In this document: positions 1-8,611 of the stretch, piece by piece
Layout of the letters: each line of letters begins with the position of its first letter
Numbering within the stretch: the first letter of the stretch is position 1
Source of the DNA: Nanobdellati archaeon
Lineage (GTDB): Archaea > Nanobdellota > Nanobdellia > Woesearchaeales > JAADFO01
Direction of reading: 5' to 3'
Assembly: GCA_013152815.1 (NCBI GenBank)
Contig: JAADFO010000042.1
Location: 1-32,927, forward strand
Length of the DNA: 32,927 bases
Position numbers and translations under genes: made by a program
Notes under the pieces: model-generated
Databases searched by the model: none
What the model was told of the DNA's origin: nothing
The model's input: the letters and a program-made list of their open reading frames with translations, nothing else

Positions 1-696
1 CCCTCTCTCAGGCAATTTGATAAGAATCTTATCAGCAATATCAGATCTTCCAAATATAGTCTTATAAGAATCATAATTTATAAGAATCTTATCATCACTA
101 AACTTTGAACCTGTCTTAAATATGCCTTTTATTTTATAGTCTTTAACATATCCATTGCTAAAGCTCAAAGTTATTGTATCCCCAACATTAACATCAAGTC
201 TTTTCTGAGTATCATCTTTCTCAGCATAAGACTCTACAAGATTAACTCCGATAATCACCTCATCAGTATCTTTTTTGGAAAGAAAACCACCTAAAATCAT
301 ACTATCTGCATAATCAGAAACCTTTAGTTCATCATCTGGTTTGATAAAGAATATGGGAACACCTAGCTCGGTATTCTTGTATTTTGCAACAGCACTCGAT
401 TCTAATCTCGGAGCAACACCAACCACTCCCGGTATTCGTCGAATCTTTTCAACCATCGCATTAGTATTTTCTAAGTAAAGATTATCCGATGTGGGCTCGA
501 TCATCAAATGACCTGTGAGTCCTTCAATCATACCTTCTTCAAATTCATATCCTAAACCATCAATAATTGCTGCAAAAAAAGTAATTGAAAGAAAACTCAT
601 GGCCATTACAGCAAGAATCACAAAGAAAGTTGATTTACTTTTAACAATGTTCTTGTATGCTAAAAAAGCAGTTACTCTTAGGTCTTTTTTATCCAT
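1..696 (-). CDS. ABC transporter permease (MacB/FtsX/LolE-like), 5' part; runs off the window start
   Basis: Not in the ORF track. Manual translation from ATG at 696: MDKKDLRVTAFLAYKNIVKSKSTFFVILAVMAMSFLSITFFAAIIDGL...VEKIRRIPGVVGVAPRL...EVIIGVNL...LDVNVGDTITL...IKGIFKTG. This is an N-terminal TM helix plus MacB-type extracellular core motifs; the frame is open to position 1. Confidence 0.85.
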   Translation of the reverse strand, partial: MDKKDLRVTAFLAYKNIVKSKSTFFVILAVMAMSFLSITFFAAIIDGLGYEFEEGMIEGLTGHLMIEPTSDNLYLENTNAMVEKIRRIPGVVGVAPRLESSAVAKYKNTELGVPIFFIKPDDELKVSDYADSMILGGFLSKKDTDEVIIGVNLVESYAEKDDTQKRLDVNVGDTITLSFSNGYVKDYKIKGIFKTGSKFSDDKILINYDSYKTIFGRSDIADKILIKLPERG

Positions 697-714
697 TCTA
701 GCACGCTTCCAACA

Positions 715-1893
715 TTATTTCTTTGTTTTTTTCTTTTTATAATAGAAATATCCTGCTCCAACACCCACAAATAATAACACGACAAGCAGTGTTATAAGAT
801 TATTTGTAGGTCTTTTTACTTCCTTATCAATTGTTGTTTCAAAAGAATGGTGTCCGAAATCATCAGAATAAGAGATTCTTAATGTTGCAGTCTGTACACC
901 AATTGATTCTGGTTTTACATCAAAATAAAAAGGCGCATCATCATCAGATTTCAGTTGTCCTATAAAAGTTTTGTAAGTCTTATTCCGTTGAGTGATTAAT
1001 TCAACAACAACATTATCCGCATCACCAGTTCCAGTATTCTCTATAATGCCTTCCATATGCACTTCATCAACAAGTGTTGGAAATGAAGGCGTAATCTTCA
1101 AACTTTGAATGTCAATATTGGATCTTTCTAAAACATTAACTCCAATATCAAAACTGGTTTCATAACTGCTTCCTTGTTCATCGACATATTCTAAGTTTAT
1201 AGGAAATTTATAGGTATCCGGGGTAAGACTTTCTTTCACAATAAATTCTAAATTAAACGAAACAGTCTTCTCAGGATTTATTTCATTGATTAAATTAATA
1301 TTTGATCCAAGCATCAATATATTATCTGATTGAGGCGTTATTTTTATTTTTCTTGCAATACCTGTTCCAATATTTTTTGCATCGAAATTTATTGTGAATT
1401 TATCTCCTGAAGAAACATTTGCTTCTATTTGTTTTGTTTCTAAAATAATATCCGGCTTACCAACAACTTTAATATCAATAGTATCTGAGGGTTTTATAGT
1501 TATACCATCCCTATAAATCTCAAAATTTAAAGGATATAATCCCGATTTCGCATTTGCATCAACAACCAAATAATATGTATTATCAATAGAGCAACCAACA
1601 CATAAACTTCTTTTATTCTCAAAATTATTACTTTCTGTTTTAATAAAGAAAGGATATCCTGCATTTAGTTTCAATGAAACATCTTCAGCACTCTCTCCAC
1701 CATCATTAATAAGTCTGATTTTTACAGTAACATCTTGACCAGGTTCAACAGGTTCTGGGCTAATCTCTTCTGCAACAACTCGTAAATATGGGGAATCAGC
1801 ATTGTATGTGCTTGCTGAAACAGTATTCACATTGATCAAACTAAGAACGATAATTAAAAATGTAAATATAATTGTTGAATATGTTGGTTTCAT
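715..1893 (-). CDS. COG1361-type S-layer/Ig-like (CARDB-like) domain protein with signal peptide and C-terminal TM anchor
   Basis: Signal peptide, repeated 'PEPVEPGQDVTVKIRLINDG' / 'KNIGTGIA' / 'IENTGTGDADNV' modules, C-terminal TM followed by KKKKTKK. ATG at 1893 is preceded by a GAGGTG SD. Such genes commonly sit beside ABC permeases in archaea. Confidence 0.75.
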   Translation of the reverse strand: MKPTYSTIIFTFLIIVLSLINVNTVSASTYNADSPYLRVVAEEISPEPVEPGQDVTVKIRLINDGGESAEDVSLKLNAGYPFFIKTESNNFENKRSLCVGCSIDNTYYLVVDANAKSGLYPLNFEIYRDGITIKPSDTIDIKVVGKPDIILETKQIEANVSSGDKFTINFDAKNIGTGIARKIKITPQSDNILMLGSNINLINEINPEKTVSFNLEFIVKESLTPDTYKFPINLEYVDEQGSSYETSFDIGVNVLERSNIDIQSLKITPSFPTLVDEVHMEGIIENTGTGDADNVVVELITQRNKTYKTFIGQLKSDDDAPFYFDVKPESIGVQTATLRISYSDDFGHHSFETTIDKEVKRPTNNLITLLVVLLFVGVGAGYFYYKKKKTKK

Positions 1894-2276
1894 TTGTAAC
1901 ACCTCATTTACAGATACTATGTTAGTATATGCTAGTATATAAATAATATGTACCTAACATAGTTCTTTTTGTCAACTCCAACCTAGTAACGCAACAGTTC
2001 CTCAATTCGACTTTTCCGTTACTATTTATTTTTATTTTTCTGTAGCAGAATTTCACAGGTGCGTGACAGCAATTCTTAGCAGATATGCAGAAACAGATGT
2101 TTAAGCGAGAAGCGTCAATTCCTATGAATTTGCTATTTTCAAGCGTTTTTGCATGTTTTTCTGCCACGACGGAAGCGTCACTACAAATATTTCGTTCTGT
2201 CACCACTACAGGGGAGATAAGAACTGCCGGCCTATCTATCAGAACATATTAATATCAGCGTTTTCCCTCATTTAAG

Positions 2277-3380
2277 ATGCAGCATCTCAAACGCATCAAC
2301 GACCACTACTACCGGATCCTTGGCGAACCATCATCCCATGTGCACCGCTACATCTTCACATCTCCAGAGACCAGGGCCATCTGCAACCAGCCTGAAGTGC
2401 TGGGCTGCGAATACACCGACAACATGAGCAGAGCCATGGTAAAGGCCCTCAAGCTCCTGCCCAACGGCACAACGCCCTGGAAAGAGAAGGAGACCTGTGT
2501 GCTCAACTTCCTTCGGGGCGGCCTGAACTTCGACCTCAGGAAAGCCATCCGGCAGGCATGGGGCTTCAACACCCATGCGACCTCCTTCATGTCATCCCAG
2601 CGTTTCAGGAAAGACGGCAGGTGGGGCGTGACCGAGAACCAATACAGGAAGTTCATCTTCCCAAAGGATGCGGTGATGTTCATCGGCGACGTGGTCGCGA
2701 CAGGGGTCACCATCGAAGAGGGCATGAAGGTCATCCTCGATGCGATGGAGAAGAACGGCTCATCCCTCAAAAGGCTCTATTTCTTCACCTTCGGCTGCCA
2801 TAAGGTCGAGAAGGTCCTCGACGACCTGCATGTCGCCTGTAAGGAACGTTTCAAGAACTTCGACCACATCACCGTGATCTATCTCGAAGGAAAGTTCAGG
2901 CTGGCTGACAGCAAGACCACCCTCAGGATAAGCATACCCGGCACCGATCTCCTGAGGACCGATGCCCTCGTCGCGCCGGAGTTCGCCCTGTCTCAATACG
3001 ACGCCCTTTCCCATGCCCTGGAACGATGCATCATCTATGACGCGGGTTCACGTTCATTTGACATCCCTGAATATTCCCAGGACGTGATAGGCTACTGGGA
3101 ACAGGTCAGAAAACTTGCAGAGCAGGGCTTCACGCTCCATGATGCACTGATGGAACGCTGGCCCGAGAAGGCCGTGCCCTTCGAAGCGTTTGCCAGCCTG
3201 AAGAGGGAAGCGTGGCCAGACATCGAAGAGTCCCTGTTGAAGCGGCTCTACGGACGCTCGCAGGAACGGCTGGAGCTGATGGAAGCGTCGAACTCGGCCG
3301 ATGCATTGGTCGGGCTCTGTGACCGGCAGATCGCGAAGATGGATGACATCTCCTCTGGAGAAGGCACAGGAACAGCATGA
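2277..3380 (+). CDS. Type I phosphoribosyltransferase-fold protein (distantly UPRTase-like)
   Basis: PRPP-binding loop VMFIGDVVATGVT and UPRT-like VLNFLRGGL (cf. PILRAGL); 367 aa; TATA-like ATATTAATA about 25 nt upstream. Confidence 0.65.
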   Translation: MQHLKRINDHYYRILGEPSSHVHRYIFTSPETRAICNQPEVLGCEYTDNMSRAMVKALKLLPNGTTPWKEKETCVLNFLRGGLNFDLRKAIRQAWGFNTHATSFMSSQRFRKDGRWGVTENQYRKFIFPKDAVMFIGDVVATGVTIEEGMKVILDAMEKNGSSLKRLYFFTFGCHKVEKVLDDLHVACKERFKNFDHITVIYLEGKFRLADSKTTLRISIPGTDLLRTDALVAPEFALSQYDALSHALERCIIYDAGSRSFDIPEYSQDVIGYWEQVRKLAEQGFTLHDALMERWPEKAVPFEAFASLKREAWPDIEESLLKRLYGRSQERLELMEASNSADALVGLCDRQIAKMDDISSGEGTGTA

Positions 3381-3418
3381 AGGAGAAGAGCAGAAGACTG
3401 CCCGGAAAGACAGTATTT

Positions 3419-4084
3419 CTATGACAACACTGCCTTGATGGAGGCAAAGACTTCTTCAGGCGTTTTGGTGCCGTCTATCTCGACCAGCAGATGAGGACCC
3501 TTCTGACGATAATACGCTTTTATCGGTTCGGTCAGCTCATGGTAGCTCTTCAGCCTGACCTCCACCGCGGCAGGCGTGTCATCCTTGCGCTGCACGAGCT
3601 GTTCTCCTGTCTGGTCGTCATAGGCTGCCACGACATTACCTTCTGGATCCAGATCCATCTTCTTCGGTCTGGGTGTGAAATAGATGTTGTAGCTTCTGCC
3701 AGAAGGCTCATGGGTGTAACGTCCTGCAATCCTCTTGAAGGCCACCTCGTCAGGAACCTCGATGGAGATGACCTTATCAATGGAGGTGACCTCGTCGAGG
3801 GCCTTTGCCTGGGGGATGGTGCGGGGAAAGCCGTCCAGGATGTAGCCGTCCCTGCAGTCAGGCTGGGTAATCCTCTGTTTGATGAGGTCGACCATGAGCT
3901 CATCAGGGACCAGGGAACCCTTGTCCATATACGCCTTCGCCTTGATGCCGAGAGGTGTCTTCTCGTTCACGTTGGACCGGAGGATGTCCCCGGTCGAGAT
4001 ATGAGGGATCTTCAAATGTTCGATGAGATATTTTGATTGCGTCCCTTTTCCGCTGGCTGGCATGCCCATGAGGATGATGTTCAT
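3419..4084 (-). CDS. adk: Adenylate kinase (bacterial/eukaryote-type, long LID)
   Basis: GMPASGKGTQ P-loop, HISTGDILR, GYILDGFPRT, QRKDD. Start moved to ATG at 4084 (MNIILMG), which has an AGGTGA SD. Confidence 0.95.
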   Translation of the reverse strand: MNIILMGMPASGKGTQSKYLIEHLKIPHISTGDILRSNVNEKTPLGIKAKAYMDKGSLVPDELMVDLIKQRITQPDCRDGYILDGFPRTIPQAKALDEVTSIDKVISIEVPDEVAFKRIAGRYTHEPSGRSYNIYFTPRPKKMDLDPEGNVVAAYDDQTGEQLVQRKDDTPAAVEVRLKSYHELTEPIKAYYRQKGPHLLVEIDGTKTPEEVFASIKAVLS

Positions 4085-4146
4085 GTTATCACCTGTCCTT
4101 GTCTTGTCCTTGCCGTGTCCTTGCCTTTTCCCTGATCCTGTCGATA

Positions 4147-4602
4147 TCATCCCAGATACTCGAACTTCTCAGCAAGCGATCGTCTCTTGCTCCATGCATG
4201 TTCCATGTGCAGAAGGACCTCTTCGAGCTTCTCCTTCTGCGCTTTCCAGAACTTGGTCGCTTTCGTGATGTAGGCAGCGGTCTCCTTCTCGTCGTTGCGG
4301 ATGGATATCCTGGCAGACTCCCGTACCAGCCCCATGAAGGTTCGGTAGAGCTCGTAGAACCGCTCCTTCATGGCCTCGTCCAGATCCTGGCATTCATGGA
4401 GATTGACGAGGGTGGTCTCGCACTGCAGGAGTTCCTCGACGATCTTCGCATAATGGTCCAGCCGCTCTTCGACCTTTCGCCTGATGGCCCGGAGCAGATG
4501 GTCCTTGGCGTCTATGGAAGAGATCTCGAATTCTTCGTCCAGTTCCCCGAAGGACGGAAGAGTGTGCTTTTTCTGAAGTGCTGAGAGGTCTTTTTTTTGC
4601 AT
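4147..4602 (-). CDS. Hypothetical helical protein (151 aa)
   Basis: Codon usage matches neighbours; TTTAAA TATA-like element about 25 nt upstream; no recognisable motif. Confidence 0.7.
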   Translation of the reverse strand: MQKKDLSALQKKHTLPSFGELDEEFEISSIDAKDHLLRAIRRKVEERLDHYAKIVEELLQCETTLVNLHECQDLDEAMKERFYELYRTFMGLVRESARISIRNDEKETAAYITKATKFWKAQKEKLEEVLLHMEHAWSKRRSLAEKFEYLG

Positions 4603-4723
4603 ATCCTACGGTGGCAGAGGAGCCTTTAAAAATGTTTTCGTGGAAGTCTTTGCAGAGAAGTCTGGCATGAGAATGCCGGGACGATGCAAAGTATAAAAAG
4701 ACAGACTGATTCCCCCGGAAGAA

Positions 4724-5791
4724 ATGAAACGGAAGCAATTCATCAAGTATGGTGGTCTTCTTGCCGGATCCCTCTTGCTCCCCGCCTCCTCGGCCGACGA
4801 GGATCATCCGACTCCTGAAAGCCTCGTGAAGAAGAGTCTTGACGAGAAGATGGAGGAGATCGAAGAGCTCACGAAGGAGAACAAAGAAGTCAGGAAGCGG
4901 CTGACTGTGCTGAAGGAAGACCGTGAAACCCTCAGCAGCCTCATCATCGATGATCTCAACCGGATGGATTTCTCAGGACATCCATTCTATCCGCGCATCA
5001 GGGTCTTTGAACCCTATCTCGACGCGGCCATCGAACAGTACAGGAACATCTTTCCGGTGGACAAGCTGATGATGATAGAGATGGCAGAGGTGGAATCCGG
5101 CCTTGGCAGGAAGGTCATCTCCAGAGCGGGAGCAGCAGGTCTCTTCCAGTTCATCCCAGAGACAGGCAGACGCATGGGACTTCATATCGAGAAGGACGAG
5201 GACTATGACCGGGCAAGCCATATCCGACCGAGAAGGCAGGCGCTCCAACAGAGGATGAAGCATGAACTCAGATCATTGGAGAAGAGGATCAGGAGGAGCA
5301 TCAAAGGACATTCTTTTCCTGACAGGGAATCGTTTCTTGCCCACCTGAAAAAGGGAGGAAAGAACGCCCGCTGGTACACCCAGGGCTGGCAGAAGCTCGA
5401 AGACGACGCTCTGAAGCTCGCCGCGCTGCAGAACGAGGAACATGATAGTCTTCAGAGGTATAGGCGCCATCTTTACTTGCTAAAACATCTTCCAGAGAAG
5501 AAAAGAGACTCATACGATGAACGCTTCAATCCTGAGAAGAGTACGGTCGCTGCGGTCCATTATGTGGCGATACTGCTGAAACGGGCGAAAGGGAACTATA
5601 TGGAGATGCTCAGCATGTACCATGCGGACGACACCTATCTGGGCATCAAGCCGTTGGAGATCAACGTCAAGCATATCGAGAGGACCGTATCGCTCTATCT
5701 CAGACGGAAAGCACGGTTGCTCAAGGCCAATTATGGGATGATCGTAAGGACATCACCGACCATAGAACCGATGAAGAAAAGATTGATGTGA
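4724..5791 (+). CDS. Secreted lytic transglycosylase (SLT/MltD-like, GH23) with Tat-like signal and coiled coil
   Basis: AEVESG (catalytic Glu), SRAGAAGLFQFIPETGRRMGL, DERFNPEKSTVAAVHY, degenerate motif III MLSMYHA. N-terminus MKRKQFIKYGGLLAGSLLLPASSA. Confidence 0.8.
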   Translation: MKRKQFIKYGGLLAGSLLLPASSADEDHPTPESLVKKSLDEKMEEIEELTKENKEVRKRLTVLKEDRETLSSLIIDDLNRMDFSGHPFYPRIRVFEPYLDAAIEQYRNIFPVDKLMMIEMAEVESGLGRKVISRAGAAGLFQFIPETGRRMGLHIEKDEDYDRASHIRPRRQALQQRMKHELRSLEKRIRRSIKGHSFPDRESFLAHLKKGGKNARWYTQGWQKLEDDALKLAALQNEEHDSLQRYRRHLYLLKHLPEKKRDSYDERFNPEKSTVAAVHYVAILLKRAKGNYMEMLSMYHADDTYLGIKPLEINVKHIERTVSLYLRRKARLLKANYGMIVRTSPTIEPMKKRLM

Positions 5792-5817
5792 ACAAGAGGA
5801 AGGGAAGAGGCGGTTCT

Positions 5818-7509
5818 TCAATGCGTCTTTTCCTCTTTCGTCTCTTTCTGCGAGAACTCTGCCTTTATCCGCGCAGATGCCTCTTCATAGAGCGCGTTCT
5901 TCTTTTTTCTCCTGACGAAAAAGCCAACCAGAAGCAGAAGGGCCAAGCCTGCCAGGCTGATCCCCAGGACAGGAAGATTATTGGAGACGAACGTCCCCAA
6001 AGGACCCATCACCTCCTGCACGCTCACTTTTTCAGCGTCGCGAGGGCCTGCATCCTGCTCACCAGCGTCGGTTGCAGCACTGCTGTTGTCGACGACATTG
6101 CCGTCGGTGTCCTCCATCGCCTGACCTTGCTGGCCCATGATGAGGACAGTGAGGCCTTTATGGAAGGTCTTCCGCTCCCCGCGATCATTCTCATACCAGA
6201 TAGTGGCGTTGATGGGCAAGGAGACATCAGGGGCAGGGAACCGTTCCCGATGGAGCTGGACCGTCTCCCCCGGTCCCAGTTCAGACATCTGCACAGGGAG
6301 CATCCCCATGCCCGGAATAGGGGAGGTTATCTCTGCATGGATGTTGAAGAGAGAGAAAAGGCGGGAAGGGTTGGTGATGTTGATGGTGTAGGTTACCGGC
6401 TCGCCCGGAGCATAACGGGCCTTGTCGGTAACGATGCGTATGTTGGGCCTGTCCATGAACACCTGGACGAAGACCGATGAAGAAGCCTCCCGGATGAAGC
6501 TGCTTTCCCGATACTGGAGCGAGAGGTCCAGGACATACTGGCCGGTGAAGATGCCCTGCACAGTCATCTGGAAGGACTGTTTTGCATCGGGCTCGATCCG
6601 GCCGTTGAAGACGAGCCGTCCATCGTCGCGGTACAGAAAGCCGGTGTTCCTCTCGATGGCAAGACCCGACGGGACAGTGACCTCGAAGGCGTTCACGTCC
6701 ACAGGAAGGTCCGGATTCGTGTTGGTGAGCGTCACGTTGAGGTCAAAGGTCTCATCAAGTTTCACCCGGGTGCTGTTCAGGGATGTCTTGATGGTGAGGG
6801 CAGGTTCCTTGACCGTCAGGGTCTTGGTGTCAGAGACGCTCTTCCCCGTTCCTCTTTCGTCATAGGAGAACGTCGCCCCTGAAGCATAGGTCCCCGGCTT
6901 TTTGGTGGTGAGAGCGTATTTGCATTCCTTCTGCAGCGAAAGGGTAAGGTCTCCTGCCCAATGGACCGTGTTGTCAGAGACGGTGCAGTCCCCGCTCAGG
7001 AGCGTGATGAAGAACTGGTCGGCAGGATAGGGATCGGTGAAGATGCCGTCGGTGGTGTCCGCGTCACCGTCATTGGAGAGCAGCGTGGTCACCTCGATCT
7101 TCTCGCCCAGGATGACCGAGAGAGGATCGATGGTCCTGCTCAGGGATACCTGTGACGCATGCTGTTCTATGGTCACTTCCGCTTTCCACCGGGTGAACTG
7201 GTCTTCCAGGGGAACGGCCTTGGCAGAAGATACATAGCAGAGGATCATGTCGTCTTTCTCGTCACAGTCACCCTGGCCCAGGATGAGCGCAAAGCTGTTC
7301 CAGCGGAGGACGATGCGGTCAGGGAAGCTCTCTGCGCCGTCCGGGAACTGGACCCGGATGGTCTTTCCTCCTGCGCTTATCGTGTCACCATGATAGACCC
7401 AGCCGCTGTAGAGTTCAGTGGCGCCTGACACCGACGAGACAGCCAGTAGGATGAAGAGCAGAGAGGACAGGATAAAGGAAAGGGAGGGGGAACATGCTCG
7501 TTTGCCCAT
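5818..7509 (-). CDS. Cell-surface protein with DUF11/BatD-like beta-sandwich repeats and C-terminal TM anchor
   Basis: Signal peptide; repeats such as 'ILGEKIEVTTLLSNDG', 'LDETFDLNVTLTNTN', 'PGEPVTYTINITNP'; TM helix followed by RRKKK. Confidence 0.7.
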   Translation of the reverse strand: MGKRACSPSLSFILSSLLFILLAVSSVSGATELYSGWVYHGDTISAGGKTIRVQFPDGAESFPDRIVLRWNSFALILGQGDCDEKDDMILCYVSSAKAVPLEDQFTRWKAEVTIEQHASQVSLSRTIDPLSVILGEKIEVTTLLSNDGDADTTDGIFTDPYPADQFFITLLSGDCTVSDNTVHWAGDLTLSLQKECKYALTTKKPGTYASGATFSYDERGTGKSVSDTKTLTVKEPALTIKTSLNSTRVKLDETFDLNVTLTNTNPDLPVDVNAFEVTVPSGLAIERNTGFLYRDDGRLVFNGRIEPDAKQSFQMTVQGIFTGQYVLDLSLQYRESSFIREASSSVFVQVFMDRPNIRIVTDKARYAPGEPVTYTINITNPSRLFSLFNIHAEITSPIPGMGMLPVQMSELGPGETVQLHRERFPAPDVSLPINATIWYENDRGERKTFHKGLTVLIMGQQGQAMEDTDGNVVDNSSAATDAGEQDAGPRDAEKVSVQEVMGPLGTFVSNNLPVLGISLAGLALLLLVGFFVRRKKKNALYEEASARIKAEFSQKETKEEKTH

Positions 7510-7549
7510 GAAACTATCCTAGCCCGATGGCGTATAAAAAGGTTTCTGC

Positions 7550-7590
7550 GAAAGAAAGAGAAAGAAGGAAGAAGAGAGAAAGCAGAAGGG
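7550..7590 (-). terminator. U/C-rich tract downstream of nrdG (putative archaeal intrinsic terminator)
   Basis: Almost pure A/G on the + strand, starting just after the nrdG stop. Confidence 0.5.
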
Positions 7591-7602
7591 TTGTCCCCTG
7601 GC

Positions 7603-8307
7603 CTAGCTGTTCCTGATCTCCACCGAGGGGATGGCCTCTTCCATCAAGGTCTTGTACTCCTTCAGCACGTCCATCGACAGGGGTTCCATGTTGTTATACT
7701 TGGGATCGATGGTGGTTGGGACGCCCTTGTACTGCTGCAGCGCATAATGACGGCAACCTTTTATCAGTTCCCTGATGGATTCCATCTCTTTCCGGTCATG
7801 GACGTCAGGGATGATGGTCGTCCTGAACTCATAGTCCACGCCCGAGGTCATGAGCAAGGTGATGCTTTCCCTGATACGGTCCAGGGGGACATGGACTCCG
7901 CTCACCAGGGAGTAATGGTCAGGACCTGCCTTGATGTCCATGGCGATATAGTCCAGGAGACCTTCATCGATGAGCTTCTTGACGATGGAGGGATTGGTTC
8001 CGTTGGTGTCGAGCTTGAGCGACAGCCCCAATGCCTTGATGCGTCTGCAGAGGTCAGGGAGACCGGGCCAGAGGGTCGGTTCTCCGCCGGTGATGCAGAC
8101 CCCGTCGAGCCTGTCTTTGCGGGACGCGAGAAAGGACAGGACCTCATCGACAGGGATCGGGGCTATCCCCGAATGGTCGACCACCAGGTCGCGGTTATGA
8201 CAGAATCCGCAGCGCATGTTGCACCCTGCGATGAAGATGGTCGCCGCGACCTTGCCGGGGTAGTCCACCAGCGTCGTCTTTTGGATGCCTTTTATCATGG
8301 AATGCAT
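7603..8307 (-). CDS. nrdG: Anaerobic ribonucleoside-triphosphate reductase activating enzyme (radical SAM)
   Basis: GCNMRCGFCHN (CxxxCxxC), ITGGEPTL, KLDTNG, YIAMDIK, YEFRTT; directly downstream of nrdD; GAGGTGA SD. Confidence 0.93.
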   Translation of the reverse strand: MHSMIKGIQKTTLVDYPGKVAATIFIAGCNMRCGFCHNRDLVVDHSGIAPIPVDEVLSFLASRKDRLDGVCITGGEPTLWPGLPDLCRRIKALGLSLKLDTNGTNPSIVKKLIDEGLLDYIAMDIKAGPDHYSLVSGVHVPLDRIRESITLLMTSGVDYEFRTTIIPDVHDRKEMESIRELIKGCRHYALQQYKGVPTTIDPKYNNMEPLSMDVLKEYKTLMEEAIPSVEIRNS

Positions 8308-8428
8308 AGGAGGTCACCTCGGAAGAGGATGTCTGTGATGCCGGCCAGCGGAAAACAGCGAAGCCGCCAGGATCAAGAGGGACAAAGACTGGACAAAAAG
8401 AGAAAAAAAGAAAGGAGAGGATAAACCC

Positions 8429-8611
8429 CTAGGAGATGGTCGGCTGCATCTCAACAGCGGTCATCAGCTGCTCAGAGGTCTGCTGCATGTCCTGGGGAAC
8501 GAAGACCTTCCGGTCCTGAAACTCCTGTTTCTTCCCTTCGTTCCAGTTCTCCACCGGTCTGAAATATCCTACAATCCTGCTATAGACCTCACACGGCACC
8601 TTTTTTGTCAT
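8429..8611 (-). CDS. Stand-alone NrdD C-terminal glycyl-radical peptide (60 aa)
   Basis: CEVYSRIVGYFRPVENWNEGKKQEFQDR is the NrdD glycyl-radical loop (RxxGY) and terminal motif. It has its own GGAGGTG SD 6 nt before the ATG and overlaps the nrdD 3' end by 23 nt. Confidence 0.85.
   Translation of the reverse strand: MTKKVPCEVYSRIVGYFRPVENWNEGKKQEFQDRKVFVPQDMQQTSEQLMTAVEMQPTIS

Noticed and set aside
18..94. 15-bp direct repeat ATAAGAATCTTATCA (20-34, 80-94); the first copy lies in a palindrome
   Set aside because: Lies inside the permease CDS and encodes DKILI twice; only two copies in AT-rich DNA, so not CRISPR or a clear operator.
1922..2215. 94-aa Cys-rich ORF and weak inverted repeats (GTGACAG/CTGTCAC) at the composition boundary
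   Set aside because: ORF has no SD or recognisable motif; the repeats are too short to call IS ends or an ncRNA, and no transposase is nearby.
4092..4125. TGTCCTTG repeated three times upstream of adk, and the 22-aa N-terminal extension in the ORF track
   Set aside because: Low-complexity spacer; the SD supports the ATG at 4084.
8310..8320. GAGGTGACCTC palindrome over the nrdG SD
   Set aside because: Only a 4-bp stem is feasible; too weak to claim translational control.
8598..8611. AAAAAAG slippery-like site suggesting a programmed -1 frameshift joining nrdD to its tail
   Set aside because: The tail ORF is in the +1 frame, so a -1 shift would not fuse them; an independent SD explains its translation.
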